This document shows positions 1-13,509 of a stretch of DNA of 64,000 bases, in pieces. This DNA is from Octopus sinensis. Taxonomy: Eukaryota. The notes beneath the pieces were generated by a model. The model saw only the letters and a list, made by a program, of their open reading frames with translations. It made no database searches and was not told the DNA's origin. Each line of letters begins with the position of its first letter. Position 1 is the first letter of the stretch. The stretch lies in contig NC_043017.1 in assembly GCF_006345805.1 (NCBI RefSeq), positions 744,001 through 808,000 on the forward strand, read 5' to 3'. A program made the position numbers and the translations under genes.

Positions 1-470
1 TATCTATGCATATCTATTTATTTACCTAACTACAGATGCATACACACATATATGGGCAATTATGTGTATAAACATATTAGACGCATTAAATATATTAGCT
101 ATAATAGATCGGGTAATACAATATATATATATATGCGTGTGTGTGCGTGTGTGTTGTGTGTGTGTGTGTGTGTGAGGGTGTGTGTGTGTGTGTATGAGCG
201 TGTGCGTGTGTATATATACATGGAAATCGAAATCAAAAGATAGAAACAGTTGATGAATTTTTTAGGTATAAATACATAGATATATATATATTAATAGATC
301 CAACTTCCACTGAGTACAAAGAGCAGAGAAAATTAAAAGGGTGACAGAAAGGTGTTATCAGATAATCATCCGTTTCTGGAGGCTCGGAGATCCACCTTTA
401 CACTTCTCTACATATTTGTTCGCCACCTCTCTTTCTTGTATACACATACATACATACATACATATATATA

Positions 471-519
<49 letters not shown>

Positions 520-797
520 CACATATGTTTGTAGGTATGTATGTATATATATATAGTATATTTACTACGTAAATGTGGCTAACCCGCAAGGGTCGATGCC
601 ACTGTAGCTTGTAGCCTCAGGAGGACATCTCCTCTAGCTGGCTATTGACGCACTATCTGTGCCCTATCAGTATTTGCAAAGAGAAGTCATCGCCCCTATC
701 TCCGGCTTGACGTTAGGCAAATATACTTCACAATGTCGTGCAGCTACTTTTCATAACTCGCTCAGATATATACTATTGCTTATATATAATATATATA

Positions 798-862
<65 letters not shown>

Positions 863-916
863 GAGAGAGAGAGATAGACAGATAGATAGATATAGATATA
901 AATGTATATATATTAT

Positions 917-948
<32 letters not shown>

Positions 949-2268
949 CGAATATACACATACTCACACACACAGTTATATATATATATTATATGGAATA
1001 AAATTTGTTTAAACATACGACTTATTCGAACGCCATCAAGACTGCGAATACCAAAAGGAGAACCCCGTTTTCGACCATGGAACAGTTCCGTGCAAACAGA
1101 AATTTTAAGGATCCTTCATTATTCACAAAGTGTAAATGAGTAAGTTTAAGAATGGAGGTAACGGTATAATATTTATTCCCTCATTACAACAAATGTAATA
1201 TCCTTTAGATTCTTCGAAATATTGCATCTGTGTCTGTGTGTGTGCGTGTGTTTGTGTGTGTACACATGTCCACATTTTGTTTATATATATACATATATAC
1301 AACATATAAATATATATATGTATATGTATATATATAATATATATATATATTATATATATATATATATGTACATATATATATACATATATATTATATATAT
1401 ATTCACACAGGACCCATACTAACACACACATATGTAGGTATAGATGCGCGTATACATATATTTATAACCATCTTTGCTTCAGCATTTCCAGAGACATATA
1501 AAATTAAAGGAATGCCAAATATATTTCATTTCGTACATTTGTCACTGTTTTGTTGTTTATGATATTGATTTGAATTTCTTTATTCTGTGCTGTTTTACTT
1601 TCTTAAATATTTATCAGAACGCTCTTCACGAATATGAAACCCAGTAAACTGACAAATTTCGACAAAAAACTTTCCCCTTGTAATTCTTTTTTAGTTTTCA
1701 TTTTTTTTAAATTCGTTGTTACATGCAAACAACTTATAAACTTTGAAGGATATATGAAACATTAAATATATTCAGTTTTGCTTTGTTATTCTATCAAATT
1801 CGTTTAATCTATTTTTCTATTCGAGTAGACAAAACAAATATAGAAATAGATGAAAGAAAACGAGATAAAAATTATGCAAAGGAAAAGTCGTTTGCAAAAC
1901 GGCCGATGTTATTTTATCCTTTCACATATCTCCTTCCCCTCCATATTTGATTACAACGTTGAAGTGACATGCTATCATATTATGATAGAAGTTTGCAGGG
2001 ACATTTGAAAGAAAACAACAACGGTTGAACGAACGAATCTTGACACAATGTTATAGCCAAAATTTGATGCGGCATTGATGCCTTTCACAAGTGGAGGAAA
2101 TATATATACGGTATATAAATCAAACATATACATACATATGTATGTGTGAGTGAGTGTATATGCATTTGAAATCCAGGGACATGTAGTCCGTAGATTTCAA
2201 ATACACATACAGACATAACACTTTCACCTATTTTTCTATAGACTGGAAACATGATGAACAGCACTAAA

Positions 2269-2304
2269 CAGCTTTCGATCTTTATTGGGGCCTCATCAGA
2301 GATG
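2269..2304 (-). ncRNA. Degenerate minimal hammerhead-like motif
   Basis: Minus strand reads CUGAUGA-GGCCCCAAUAAAGAUC-GAA-AGCU-G. Both core segments are intact and stem III is palindromic (AGCU), but stem II is imperfect, position 17 is G and stem I does not pair. Confidence 0.35.
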
Positions 2305-3569
2305 TCAACATCACTTTACCCAACCTAAAGAAGCAAGTAACCTATCTGCTTACTTACACTATAGATTTAGTCACTGCAGATGATTGGGGTGTAATGGTGT
2401 TCCTTTTTTCTTTCCTCATTTTGGAACAAAAAATTGTCATCAATCCCACGGTTCTAGGAAAAGCTGTGAATGTAATCGGCTGTAGAGGTTCTACTTGACA
2501 CAGCGAGGAAAACAATGGATAATCCTCCACAAGCACATACTTCTCTGCTCTTCCTCTTCACCCACATCCAGTCTCTGCCGTCTTCTTCTCCCTTTATGCT
2601 ATGACTCATTGTCCTCTTCTTCACTTTCTCATCCTCCTTTCTCTCTTTCTCCTTCTTGTCCCTCTCACTTTCCCCCTTTCAAATCTCCTCGCTATTGTCT
2701 TCTCGTTATATACTCATTTCTCAAATCCATTTCTTTATTTCCTTCCTCCCAACTTCCTATCCTCTTCCGTTTCGTTTTTGTTCTCAAAATCCTTTTCCTT
2801 CAACTGGTCGTCTCCTCTTCCTTCTCTCCCCTCCTCCTCCTCTTCCTTCATGAATTATTCACTCCATTGTCATTACTCCGCCAACAGCACAAAACTTTAC
2901 CGCAACACCTGTCTCCCACCCCCACTCTCTCTCTCTCTCGCTCTGTCTTCGTCTCTCTGACGAAGATTTTCTTTCCCAGAAAATTTCCGACGTCTCTTCG
3001 TTCGTAACAACATCAAGTTTATTCCATTACTTTGAACTGTCCATGGAAGACTCCATGAAAGAGTTCGATAAATTGAATTGCCTTTCACTCGTCACGGAAA
3101 TTGAAATTATCGACCACTTCATTCAACTGCTTTATTAGTTCCTCTCCATAACCATCCTTGCCGATATCCCTCTGTGAATGCTCGCACAGCTTTCCAGTGT
3201 GGAAGCCTTAACTGCTTCTAAATTATTCAGGTCTTCGATTTATTCGCTGAGACCTGATATGTCGCTGGAGACAAGATTCAATTAAGTCAGCGTTCTAATG
3301 TGTTGTTGTAACATTCATGAGGTTTAGTTTTTTCATTGGATCAATAACATTCCAACAACCGTCGACTGAAAAATTTGTTTTTAAGGAAGAATCAAATCTA
3401 GATCAAGTTGGTATTTTAATAAACGTGTCCATACTTACGGGAAACGCGAGTTCAAAGCCAGCGTTCACCTTCAACTTTTCCTGTCCATAAAACATTTTCA
3501 ACCAAATATTTACAAGCTGTTCTTTATACTTGTATGTGATGTGCTTCTAGAATCAATGTTGCAAACGAA

Positions 3570-3765
3570 GTAGTAGCTGTGTGGTAAGAAGTTTCCTTGC
3601 CAACCACATGGTTCCGGGTTCAGTCCTACTGCAATGCACCTTGGGGAAGTGTCTTCTACTATAGCTTCGGGCCAACCAAAGCCTTGTGAGTGGATTCGGT
3701 GGACGGAAACTGAAGAGGTCCGTCATGTATATATATCTATATCTGTGTGTGTATGTGTGTGTGTG
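3570..3765 (+). mobile_element. tRNA/CORE-like SINE (family K here), 5' half
   Basis: A-box-like GTAGCTGTGTGG, B-box-like GGTTCAGTCC and CORE-like GCACCTTGGGGAAGTGTCTT; ends in the internal (TA)/(TG) microsatellite. Matches other copies in the window. Confidence 0.85.
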
Positions 3766-3770
3766 AGTAT

Positions 3771-3977
3771 AGGCGCAGAAAAGGCGTGGCTGTGTAGTAA
3801 GAGGCTTGCTTCCCAACCACATGGTTCCGGGTTCAGTCCCACAGGGTAGCAACTTGGGCAAGTGTCTTCTGCTATAGCCTCGGCCCGACCAATGATTTGT
3901 GAGTGGATTTAATAGACGGAAACCGAGAGAAGCCCGCCGTATATGTATATATATATATAAATATATATGCAGCACGG

Positions 3978-4031
<54 letters not shown>

Positions 4032-4232
4032 TATATATTTGTGTGTGTGTGTTTGTCCCCCTCCATCGCTTGACAACAGCTGTCAGTATGTTTACATCCG
4101 CGTAAAGCAAACCGACAGAATAAGCTTTTGGCTTACAAATAATATGTCCTGGGATCGATTTGTTCGACTAAAGGCGTTGCTCCAGCATGGCTGCAGTCGG
4201 ATGACGGAAAAAAAGTGACAGAATAAAAGAAT
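3771..4232 (+). mobile_element. SINE family K, full length with internal (TA)n/(TG)n
   Basis: Head GGCGTGGCTGTGTAGTAAG...GGTTCAGTCCC, CORE-like segment, internal microsatellite, 3' half ending GCTCCAGCATGGCTGCAGT and a GAATAAAAGAATA tail. Colinear with 43858-44260. Confidence 0.9.
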
Positions 4233-4251
4233 ATGTATGTGTGAGCGTCAT

Positions 4252-4467
4252 TGTATCTGTGTTTATCCTCGCATCACAACAGGTGGTGGTGTATTTATGT
4301 CTCGTAACTTAGCTGTTCAGCAAAAATGTTCCATAAAATAAGTACTAGGATTACAAAGAATACATCTGGGTCAATTTCTTTCGACGAACAACCCTTTAAG
4401 GCGGTGCTCCAGCATGGTCGCCGTCAAATGATTGAAACAAGTAAAAGAATAAGCGAATAAAAGAGTA
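4252..4467 (+). mobile_element. SINE family K, 3' half
   Basis: GTAACTTAGC...AAGTACTAGG...TAAGGCGGTGCTCCAGCATGG...GAAACAAGTAAAAGAATA matches the 3' half of the full copies. Confidence 0.85.
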
Positions 4468-4554
4468 TATGTACACACACACTCACACACACGCGCACAC
4501 AGACACATACACACACATATGTATATATATATGTACATTACATGTACACTGCAA

Positions 4555-4882
4555 CATAATTTCTTTTCCTCAATAGGCCCTGCCCTATTTAACATTGTCC
4601 CGAGGGAGATCAAAGAGGAAAAGGATCCCATCAACTTTAAACAGAGTCTGGATTGATTCCTTCAAAGAATACCAGATAAGCCACCCATAATTGGATACAA
4701 GTCACCCAACAAGAATTCACTACTTGAACAAAACTGGATACAACTCACCCAACAAGAACTCACTACTTGAACAAAACTTGACTTAAACAGGATTCGAATA
4801 ATCCTATCAGGTGGTGCTATTAAGTTAGACATGGCCTGGACCAATCTTTGGTTGAAACATATCTAAGTTTATCTAAGTTTAT
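4555..4882 (+). mobile_element. CR1/L2-like LINE 3' end (5'-truncated)
   Basis: Translates HNFFSSIGPALFNIVPREIKEEKDPINFKQSLD*FLQRIPDKPPIIGYKSPNKNSLLE, resembling the post-RT C-terminus of CR1/L2/Jockey-group LINEs. Ends in a short tandem tail (ATCTAAGTTT)2. Confidence 0.65.
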
Positions 4883-5294
4883 GTATATATAAATGTAGAA
4901 CGGTATGCGGTGATGCTGGTCTAGATGATGCTGTCATTAAGATGCTGGTTTAGGTGATGCTGTTACCAAGACCTAGACTAATATTTTTGGGAAAAAATTG
5001 ACGGGAAATTACAGTGGGGAGTGGAATAGCCAACGTTTCGTAGAGTGTTCTTTTTCAAGCTTAAACGTGACAAGTAGTGGTGGTCAGTTGGAAACAACAT
5101 ATTTTTACAGCTTAATTATAAATAATACAGCTAAAGATCTCTGCGTCGTGGTTTTGTTTCAGACCTGCTGTCTTTACTCTGAAGAAATTCTCTATTTGAA
5201 ACATTTAATAATCCACTCGCCACAGCAATTCCCTTTTACTCTGTTTGCCACTTCCCACATCACCAGCTTCCCCCTCTCTCACACTCTATATAAA

Positions 5295-5609
5295 CGGTGT
5301 TTGTTGGAGCACTCCGTGGGTTACGACGACAAAGGTCCAAGCTGATCCGATCAACGGAACAGTGTGCTCGTGAAGTTAGCGGGAAAATGTCTGAGTGCTT
5401 CTTAACGTAGTTCTCAGGGAAATTCAGCGTGACACAGAATGACAAGCCAGGCTCTTTGAAATACAAGTACTACTCATTTTTGCTAGCTGGGTGGATTGGA
5501 GAAACGTGAAATAGAGTGTCTTGCTCAAGGACACAACGTGTCGCCGGTAACTGAACTCAATACCTTACAATCAAGAGCCGAATTCCTTAACCACTAAGCC
5601 ACGCGCCTT
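5295..5609 (-). mobile_element. tRNA/CORE-like SINE (family A), full length
   Basis: Minus strand starts AAGGCGCGTGGCTTAGTGGTTAAGG (A box)...GAGTTCAGTTACC (B-box-like)...TGTGTCCTTGAGCAAGACAC (CORE-like), followed by a family-specific tail. Confidence 0.85.
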
Positions 5610-6012
5610 CGCATAAATTGTGAAGTGTAAGTTGTATATTATAGTATGTTTTTTTTTTCATTATTAATCGAAGACACCCCTCATCCATTCGAAATCGTTC
5701 AAATTTTGTTCTTTCGTTGTCAATCAGGGCATAAGAAGATATTCCTTCCTTTTTCCGAAAAAGATAAAGGGTGATTCGTAGGCGATTTGGTTGTAAATTT
5801 TGAACAGGATCTGCAAATGTTCACTCTTTGTATTCGTTACTGTGTCAAAGTAAAGTAATCGCCATAAGTTAACAGATTTCTTGAGCATTCATTCTCCAAC
5901 GTCTGAAGGAGTTTCAAGAGGCGAGGGCAATATGGGCCATGGTAATTAAGTATGCAAACTTTCTACATTTTGCTCTCTCATCTCCCTCTGTGTCTGCTTG
6001 TGTTTTTGTTTG

Positions 6013-6055
<43 letters not shown>

Positions 6056-6569
6056 ACCTCGCTCCTTCACTTTCCCTTGCAAAACTAGAACCCTAAATGT
6101 TACACATTCCACTCATCGCGCCTATTTTATACGTTTCAGCTACGTGGTAAGTTAATACTTGTGACTCGGCACAGATCCTCTGAATCTTGTTATGGCGAGA
6201 AAGAGGATTTGTTCTCAAACAGTAGATCCTCTCCAAAATGTTGGCAAAACAAATGACGCCTTTAATACCATTACAAATACCGTGTAATGTTTACATTTGT
6301 CTATTAAATACAATATTGGCTTACAAACTTCTTGGCATTCCCCGAACCATTTCAATAATCTAAGCTGACTGGAAATTTTGAAAATCCGGTGAGTCGTTTA
6401 CGAAAATATACAAGTGTCACCTGTTTATATGGTGCGAAATGGTTTCTCTTTGGTATGGTTTTTTTTCTAAATGCCATAAGTTCGCCATGTCATTCGTTTA
6501 CTGAAAGTCAATGGATAACTTGATTTTCGATTGTTTCGCTTTTATTTAAAGCAAAGTCTCTAGACATTT

Positions 6570-7125
6570 TTCGTCTCACAAAAGAAGATATAGGGACCTC
6601 TCTAAGCGGAAGATTTGTAACTACAAAAAAGCGCTTCTGGGCGAATTTGTACCCGGGTTAATTGTCCTTTCAAAAGACCGATTTAGACGCATCTAAGTAT
6701 GAGTTAATTGTAACAAGAAAGTCCGTTCCGTTCGTGTGTATCTGTACGTGAATATAATTTTTTACAAAAAAAGAAACTTGTGGCTTCATCTGTACTTGCG
6801 GACATTCTAACTAGAGAAGAAATGTTGTGGTGCATCTGTACGCGAGTTTATTGTAACTAAAAAAAAAAGGTACATTACGGGGCATCTGTGAGTGATTTAA
6901 TTGTCGTTAGAAAAGGTATATTAGGTCTCCTCTTCGCGGGTGTTAAATTTCCCTACAAAATTTCCTTCAGACCGCATCTGTGTGTGTGGGCATGTGGTAA
7001 CTAGAAAAGGTCAATCTGGTCGCGAATTGAATTTCTCAAGAAAAGGAACTTTCGTGTGCATCTGTATTCCAGTGAATTTTAACTAGAAAAGGAAATCTGG
7101 TAGTATCTGTGTCAATGAATGTAAT
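6570..7125. repeat. Degenerate ~46-50 bp minisatellite (about 11-12 units)
   Basis: The motif GCATCTGTAC..GAGTTAATTGTAACTAGAAAAGG recurs with (C/T/A)ATCT-like anchors near 6690, 6739, 6787, 6833, 6883, 6929, 6975, 7013, 7059 and 7104. Confidence 0.75.
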
Positions 7126-8831
7126 GAATCTTTAAATTTACAGATGCATATTAAATTACTCTTTCAGTTTTAAAGCTTAATCCGTTTAGCTTCGTAAAGG
7201 TATTTAAAAACATCCTTAAGAGGCAGATTAAATGTGGGCGAGTATTTTCACACTCCTGCTTTTAAGCAAACCAGGTTCAAATTACAGTAATTCAATGCCA
7301 TTCCTAATTTTGTTTTATACTTGTTGATTATGTCAACGAAGATGCATGAGGATTTTATGCGACATCGCTAAATAAATGTTTATATTAGAAAAACGAACGA
7401 TGAAACTTCTAACTTGTCGCTTGATCTTTTAGAAATAGAAGACTAACCATCTTCAAATTACATCCTATCGTTCTAAAAGGTGAAGAACTTATAATTTAAT
7501 GAATTCCTAGATGTGAAATTGTCAAAGAAAGTACGGGGTGGTGATACGTGAAATATATTTGATTATAGGTTTGTTCATCTGGCGTTGTCCTGGGGTCAAA
7601 GAGAGATAATGTCTCTAGCAATAACAGCAGTTAACGAACCCCCAAAAGTGCTTCAATATGGTGGTTCACCCTGGTAGAAATAACAACCGTGTCTCGCATA
7701 AATCATATTAGATCAACTTAAAAGATACAATTAAAAAAGAAACTAATGTAATCCATGATATAGTAGCAACTAAACAAAACAAGAGACAGGGTGGTTACGG
7801 ATGGATTGACTCTTAATACAATTCCACAAGAATAACAACAAGAACATCATGAACAACAAATTTATACTAAGTTCCACGCGTGCCCCCCCCCCAGTGTCCC
7901 CTGTTTCGTGACGTTGAAAAAATTTCACCGTGTTCCCTCTGCCGGTTTCTGTATTAATTTTTTTGTTTTATTTGTGCTTTTTATGTGACGTGGCGCTGGT
8001 GGTGTTGGTGGCGTTGATGGTGTTGGGGAAGGGTCTCCTTTTTTAAAAAAAAAATATTTTCTTTCAATTTTTCAGTCATGGTAGAGGAAAACAAAGAAGA
8101 GAAATAAAAATATACAAAAAAAAAAACAAAACAGACGAAATAGGGAAACTACTTGTGCATTAGATGACACGATAGAAGTACAACAAGATGTAATGACAAC
8201 ATCCTCACCATTTACAGCCCTACCCCCACCACCTGCACACTGTTATCACCACCGCAATCATTAGACCACCACGACCACCACCACCGCCGGTATTCCATAT
8301 TCTCTTCCCTGCCTGCAAGTGTGAATTTCGTTTACATAATTAACGGGTATAAAACCCTTCATTTCTGCAACGCACGTTTTACGTTCGTTAATAATTTCAA
8401 GAAAGAATTTTAAGCAATTTTGCAAGAAAGAAGAACAAAACAACAAAAAAACAAAAAAAAACAAAAAAAAAACAGACACTCTAAGAGTATTTATTCAATT
8501 TTCTTTTTTCTTATTTTTTCTAACTTCATTCATTAATTACTCTAATAATATTGCTGCGTATTTTTTGTTTTTTGCATTCATTTAGCAAATTTCGACTTCG
8601 TTGTTGGCGATGTTCATGTTTTTATTATTGATGTATTTTTGTAGCTTTTTTAATATTTTTATATTCATACGATCGCCATTTCTGGGTGCTATTAATGCAG
8701 ATATTAGATATAGATGATCCTTCTTGCTTGTCATTGTCAAAACTATGTTGTAAGAATACTGTTTTATATTCAACACACGCATGACGGACAATCGCCATTT
8801 TATATTTATATTTATATATATGTAAATAAGA

Positions 8832-8914
<83 letters not shown>

Positions 8915-9329
8915 CAGACAATCCAAAACAACGTATACAACCATTATAAACAGCAACAACTAAAAAAGAACTAAAATAAGAAATCTTGTATAAAAGTAAC
9001 CACGTCAACACATAACGCCCCCTATAACGGCTGCAACAACAAGAACTGTAAACAAATCAATGGCGTGACACAGAATAGAGAACATCATTAGTAACGGATT
9101 AATGATTTGATGGAGAACCACGTGACATATTTTGTCTTGATTTTGTTTTATGTCTTGTTTATTGTTTTTGTTTTTTAATGTCTCATGCAGAATCGCTGAT
9201 GAGGTCTGTATGACGATATGTAATGGCCACTGCGATATGTGAATTAAACCTGACTTAATGTCTATGCAACAACTTTTACTTTCACTATTATCAACTATAA
9301 ACAGTTTTTATATTGCTCATTACACTATC

Positions 9330-10072
9330 TCAGATAGCCTTCCTCTTTCTCTGTCTCTCTTTCTAACACTCCCTCTCACTCCTTCATCTTCTCTTTTCCC
9401 GCTGTCTATCCTTCTGGTCTTCTATCTAATTCTCTATTCTGTCACTCTCTCCCCTATTTCTCTCTCTCTCTCCCTCTCTCTCTCTCTCTGACAGTCTCTG
9501 CCATCGACTTCCGGCATTCTCCCTCTCGTTCTCATTCTATAATTCTCCACCTGTTGTTTCTCTATCTTTCTTCAGACTTTCTTAGTTTCCTTCTGTCTGT
9601 CACTGTCTCTTTCCTTCTGATTCTCTGTATTTTTTACCGTTTGTCTTTCTGAATATCCCCCCCTCTCTCTCCGTCAGTCTCTGATCATATCTACCAATCT
9701 AATGCCCTTGCTGTCTCTCTACCTCATGCTCTCATACTATAATTCACGGCCTCTTTTCTTTCAGTCTCTCTCCATATCTCTCTGTCTCATTCAGTTTCTC
9801 TCCCGTTCTCGCTTTCTCTTTTCCCCTCTCTGTCAATCTGGTCCTCTCTTTCTCTGAAAATATCTATCAAATTCTCGCATTTTTACTGACTATTGTACGC
9901 ATACATTTTCTCGTTTTCTCATATTTCTCCTTCACCTGCATTCTTCAGTTTTTCTCCGTCCCACTCTCTTATTGCCTTAACTTTCCTTCCATCTCTTTGG
10001 TCCTATTTCTCTCTCACCCTCTCTATCAAGCTCTCTCGCTCTTATTATTGTTGATACTCTCTTCTCTCCGTT

Positions 10073-10109
<37 letters not shown>

Positions 10110-10360
10110 CATTTCTGCCAATTTATCTTTCTACCTCTTTTTATCATTCCCTTCAAATCTATCCAATTCCCAGCCATTCTCACAATAGATTTCTTTCACT
10201 GTACATCGTCCCGTTGATCTGTTTGTCTGTCTCTGTGTGAGTTTGTCTCTGCCTGCTTCGCCCCGTCTCCCCCACCTGATCTATATATTCTCCGTTACCC
10301 TTTCTCCCTGTCTCAGTCTCAGTTTATTTCCTTTCCTCCATCCAACCACACTCAATTCTT
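9330..10360. repeat. CT-rich low-complexity tract
   Basis: About 1 kb strongly pyrimidine-biased with (CT)n runs. Confidence 0.8.
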
Positions 10361-11082
10361 CAAATCCGAAAGTTACCTATATGAAGAACAACAGTCAAAT
10401 ACATTATGTACAGGATGCAAAAAGGAAAAACCGAATATCTTAAATAATAAACAAAGAATTTGCAAATATAAAGAAAATCAATATATCTGTATATAATTTT
10501 ATATTAAATTCACTCACACAAAAAAGAAAAATACACCCAAATAATTTATGGCAGGACTTATCTTGAATTTAAGCTATAAATACATTTTCTATTTGCTATA
10601 ATGTTTTGTCGAAGAGATGATAAGCGAAAGTAATGACATCATGACATCGAACAGAAATTTTATATCACCGTTGCCTGTTCCAGATTATGCATAAATGTTC
10701 AATAAACAATAAGTTAAGAGACGAAAGAAAAAGAAAACAAGGTAAAAAATAAAACGAAACAAAGAAAAGTAGGAGGCTAATATAGTCACAATGCTGAAAG
10801 TAGAAAAGAGAGAGAAATAAACGTTTCGGACTGCTGTCGTTTTTCGAGATAGAAGGAAGAATAGAAAGAAATGAAATGAGAAAGCAGAAATCATTTTGAT
10901 CAACTTTACATACAACATGGCGAACAATAAAAGTTTTGTTTATGTATTTATTGTCTTCTGTTGCTTGTTTGTATTAATAACATCTCTCTTTTCTAAAACG
11001 GGTTTAATAGCATTTGTAGTCCTATGCACGTGCAATCGAATGATAAAGTGAGATAATAAAATGTGTAATGAAATGTGTTGTT

Positions 11083-11495
11083 GGGTATAGCTGTGTGGTT
11101 AAGAAATTAGCTTCGCAACCATATTGTTTCGCTTTCAACCACGTGGTACATTTGATAAATGACTTCCGGCATAGCCCTGAATCAACCAATGCCTTGTGAG
11201 TGAGTTTGGTAGACGGGACTTACATTGAAGCCTGCGGAGTATACAGACACATATACCCGCGCACACAAAGACACATATACGGATTTGAGTCCTTGTGTCT
11301 GTGCTTCTCCACTTGACAACAGGTTTTGGTTCGTTTCCGTTCCCACAACTTTGTGATTGAGCAAAAGAGAGTGACGTAAAAAGTACCAAACCACAAAAAT
11401 ATGTTCAGAGTCGACTTGTCCGACGAAACCCCTCAAAGTTGGTGCCTCAGCATAGGCGCAGTCCAGTGACCGAAATAAGAAATAGTAGATAAATG
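11083..11495 (+). mobile_element. SINE family K, diverged full-length copy
   Basis: TATAGCTGTGTGGTTAAG head, GCCTTGTGAGTGAGTTTGGTAGACGG segment and 3' GCCTCAGCATAGGCGCAGTCCAGTGACCGAAATAAG. Confidence 0.75.
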
Positions 11496-11859
11496 ACAAA
11501 ATACGCTAGAATATATTTCAATGATATATGAGACAAGAAGAGAGCTTCAGCCTGTTAGAAATAGCAACCAAACCTATGTGAAATTACATCACATATATCA
11601 AATGCATTTCATGATATTCTAGCGAGCAGGTCAAAGCACAGCCCTATCCCACTTGGAAGCGATCTTAACTTTATTATAACTGACAATGCAGAACTCCCTC
11701 AATGAGAATAGGAAATAGAAATCGAAAATATTGATTTTTTGAATATCATTGGACAATTTAATCCTTACAATAATTTCCACTAAACACACATGAATGCAAT
11801 GAAATACGCATGAGCACAAGAAAGGGAGAAAAATAGACTCCTATAGCGACGCAACTAGA

Positions 11860-12700
11860 AACGTTACGCCTAAGAAATTGACTATTTTGAAGTTACTATT
11901 TCCTATAATTTTTAGATTCAGATCATTGAACAGTTCGGTTAGGTCTTTCTCGAAATTATCAGTCCGTTTCCCGTTTAGATTTGTGAAGATGGATGAAACA
12001 TCATCTTTATAGGTTCCTCTGTTAATAGGGCGGAATTTATTGTCGATTAACTTTAAGATATATAATCCAATTAGATTTGAAAATTTCTGCGGAAATTCTG
12101 GCTGGCATCAAAGAGGGTTTTCTATGTTACGTCTTTTTTGTTCTCCCTATTCTACCATTAAATAAGGAAATCGATTTACTGGTTTTTCTAGCCAGCATTA
12201 TTATTATTCACGTGTCCTTATCTATAACAGTGCAATGGGCTTTGGGAAGTTTAGGGCCGTTAATAATGTATGACTAGTAATGGATGGGTAGTGGCCAATT
12301 ATATCTAATTTCTTAAAAGTGTATATTTGTTTGCTAAATGTTTATGGAGGATATGTTTTCTTTTTACGAACCTCGCTGTGGTTCTGCTGCTCCAACCAAA
12401 GTGCCAATCTCAGTTCTTCAGATTGAAGTCGTTGATTTTATCTGATAAATTCTATTGATTTTCTTACTCCTAGCTCAGTTTTTGTTGGTATAATGAGTTT
12501 GGTTGTGGTTTATGCATGAAGTGGAGCTTCTGATCCTGTACAGTGTTTTTCTCTCTTTTTCATGCAAGGATTACACTCTACCATTTATATCAAGGCATGG
12601 ATCTATGCATTTGGCCTCATTATTTATAGAACATAATGTGGAATTGGTATGTTTTAAAGTTGTTAATAGCGCTGCTTGTCGGCAGATCACAGTCTGTTTT
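11860..12700 (-). pseudogene. Decayed Penelope-like element (PLE) reverse transcriptase
   Basis: Frameshift-tolerant minus-strand translation gives in order: SINNEAKCI; TVQDQKLHFMHKP; KLIIPTKTELG; FKKLDIIGHYPSIT..LLTALNF; IIMLARK; LFDA..AEI; LIGLYILK; GTYKDDVS; NSNFKIVNFLGVTF. This is colinear with PLE RT motifs (TLKDHK..P.CRLINPAK.E.G; FDI..FYPSI; GAE.CELVGLYIL; GLYRDDGL; VNFLDVT). Confidence 0.8.
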
Positions 12701-12739
12701 GCAGTGTTAACAATATCAACAACAACGACAACAGTATCT

Positions 12740-12860
12740 AAGAAGGGAGCTCCAAACCACATGGTTCCAAGTTCGGTCCTACTACTGGCGCATAGGGCAC
12801 GTGAATTTTACTATAGCCTCGGATGGACCATATCCTTGGGTGGATTTGGGGAAATGTGTG
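12740..12860 (+). mobile_element. SINE family K, degraded 5' fragment
   Basis: AACCACATGGTTCCAAGTTCGGTCCTACT...CTATAGCCTCGG...GTGGATTTGG. Confidence 0.65.
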
Positions 12861-12879
12861 TGTATGTACATATACATAC

Positions 12880-12880
12880 G

Positions 12881-12941
<61 letters not shown>

Positions 12942-13246
12942 CATACACACATATATATACATACATAGATACATATATATAATACATACATAGATACATA
13001 TATATACATACATACATAGATACATATATATACATACATAAACACATATATACATACATATATACATACATACATAAATACATATATATACATACATACA
13101 TATATATACATACATACACACATATATACATACATACATAAATACATATATATACATACATAAATACATATATATACATACATACATATATATACATACA
13201 TACATATATATACATACATACATAGATACATATACATACATACATG

Positions 13247-13278
<32 letters not shown>

Positions 13279-13361
13279 TATTTATATATACATATATATA
13301 TATATACATACATATATATATATATACATATATACATACATACATACATATATACATACAT

Positions 13362-13393
<32 letters not shown>

Positions 13394-13439
13394 GTGTATG
13401 TATGGATGCATATACATATATGTATGTATGTATGGATGC

Positions 13440-13509
<70 letters not shown>

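Noticed and set aside
2955-2995. CTGACGA...GAAA hammerhead-like spacing
   Set aside because: No stem II or stem I pairing; lies in CT-rich low-complexity sequence.
3000-3490. Non-repetitive segment with partial minus-strand reading frames
   Set aside because: Multiple stops in all frames and no recognisable motif.
5170-5215. CTGAAGA...GAAAC motif
   Set aside because: Stems I and III do not pair convincingly.
6570-7125. Regularly spaced repeats as a CRISPR-like array
   Set aside because: Units are degenerate along their whole length with no invariant repeat or unique spacers, there are no cas genes, and the context is eukaryotic.
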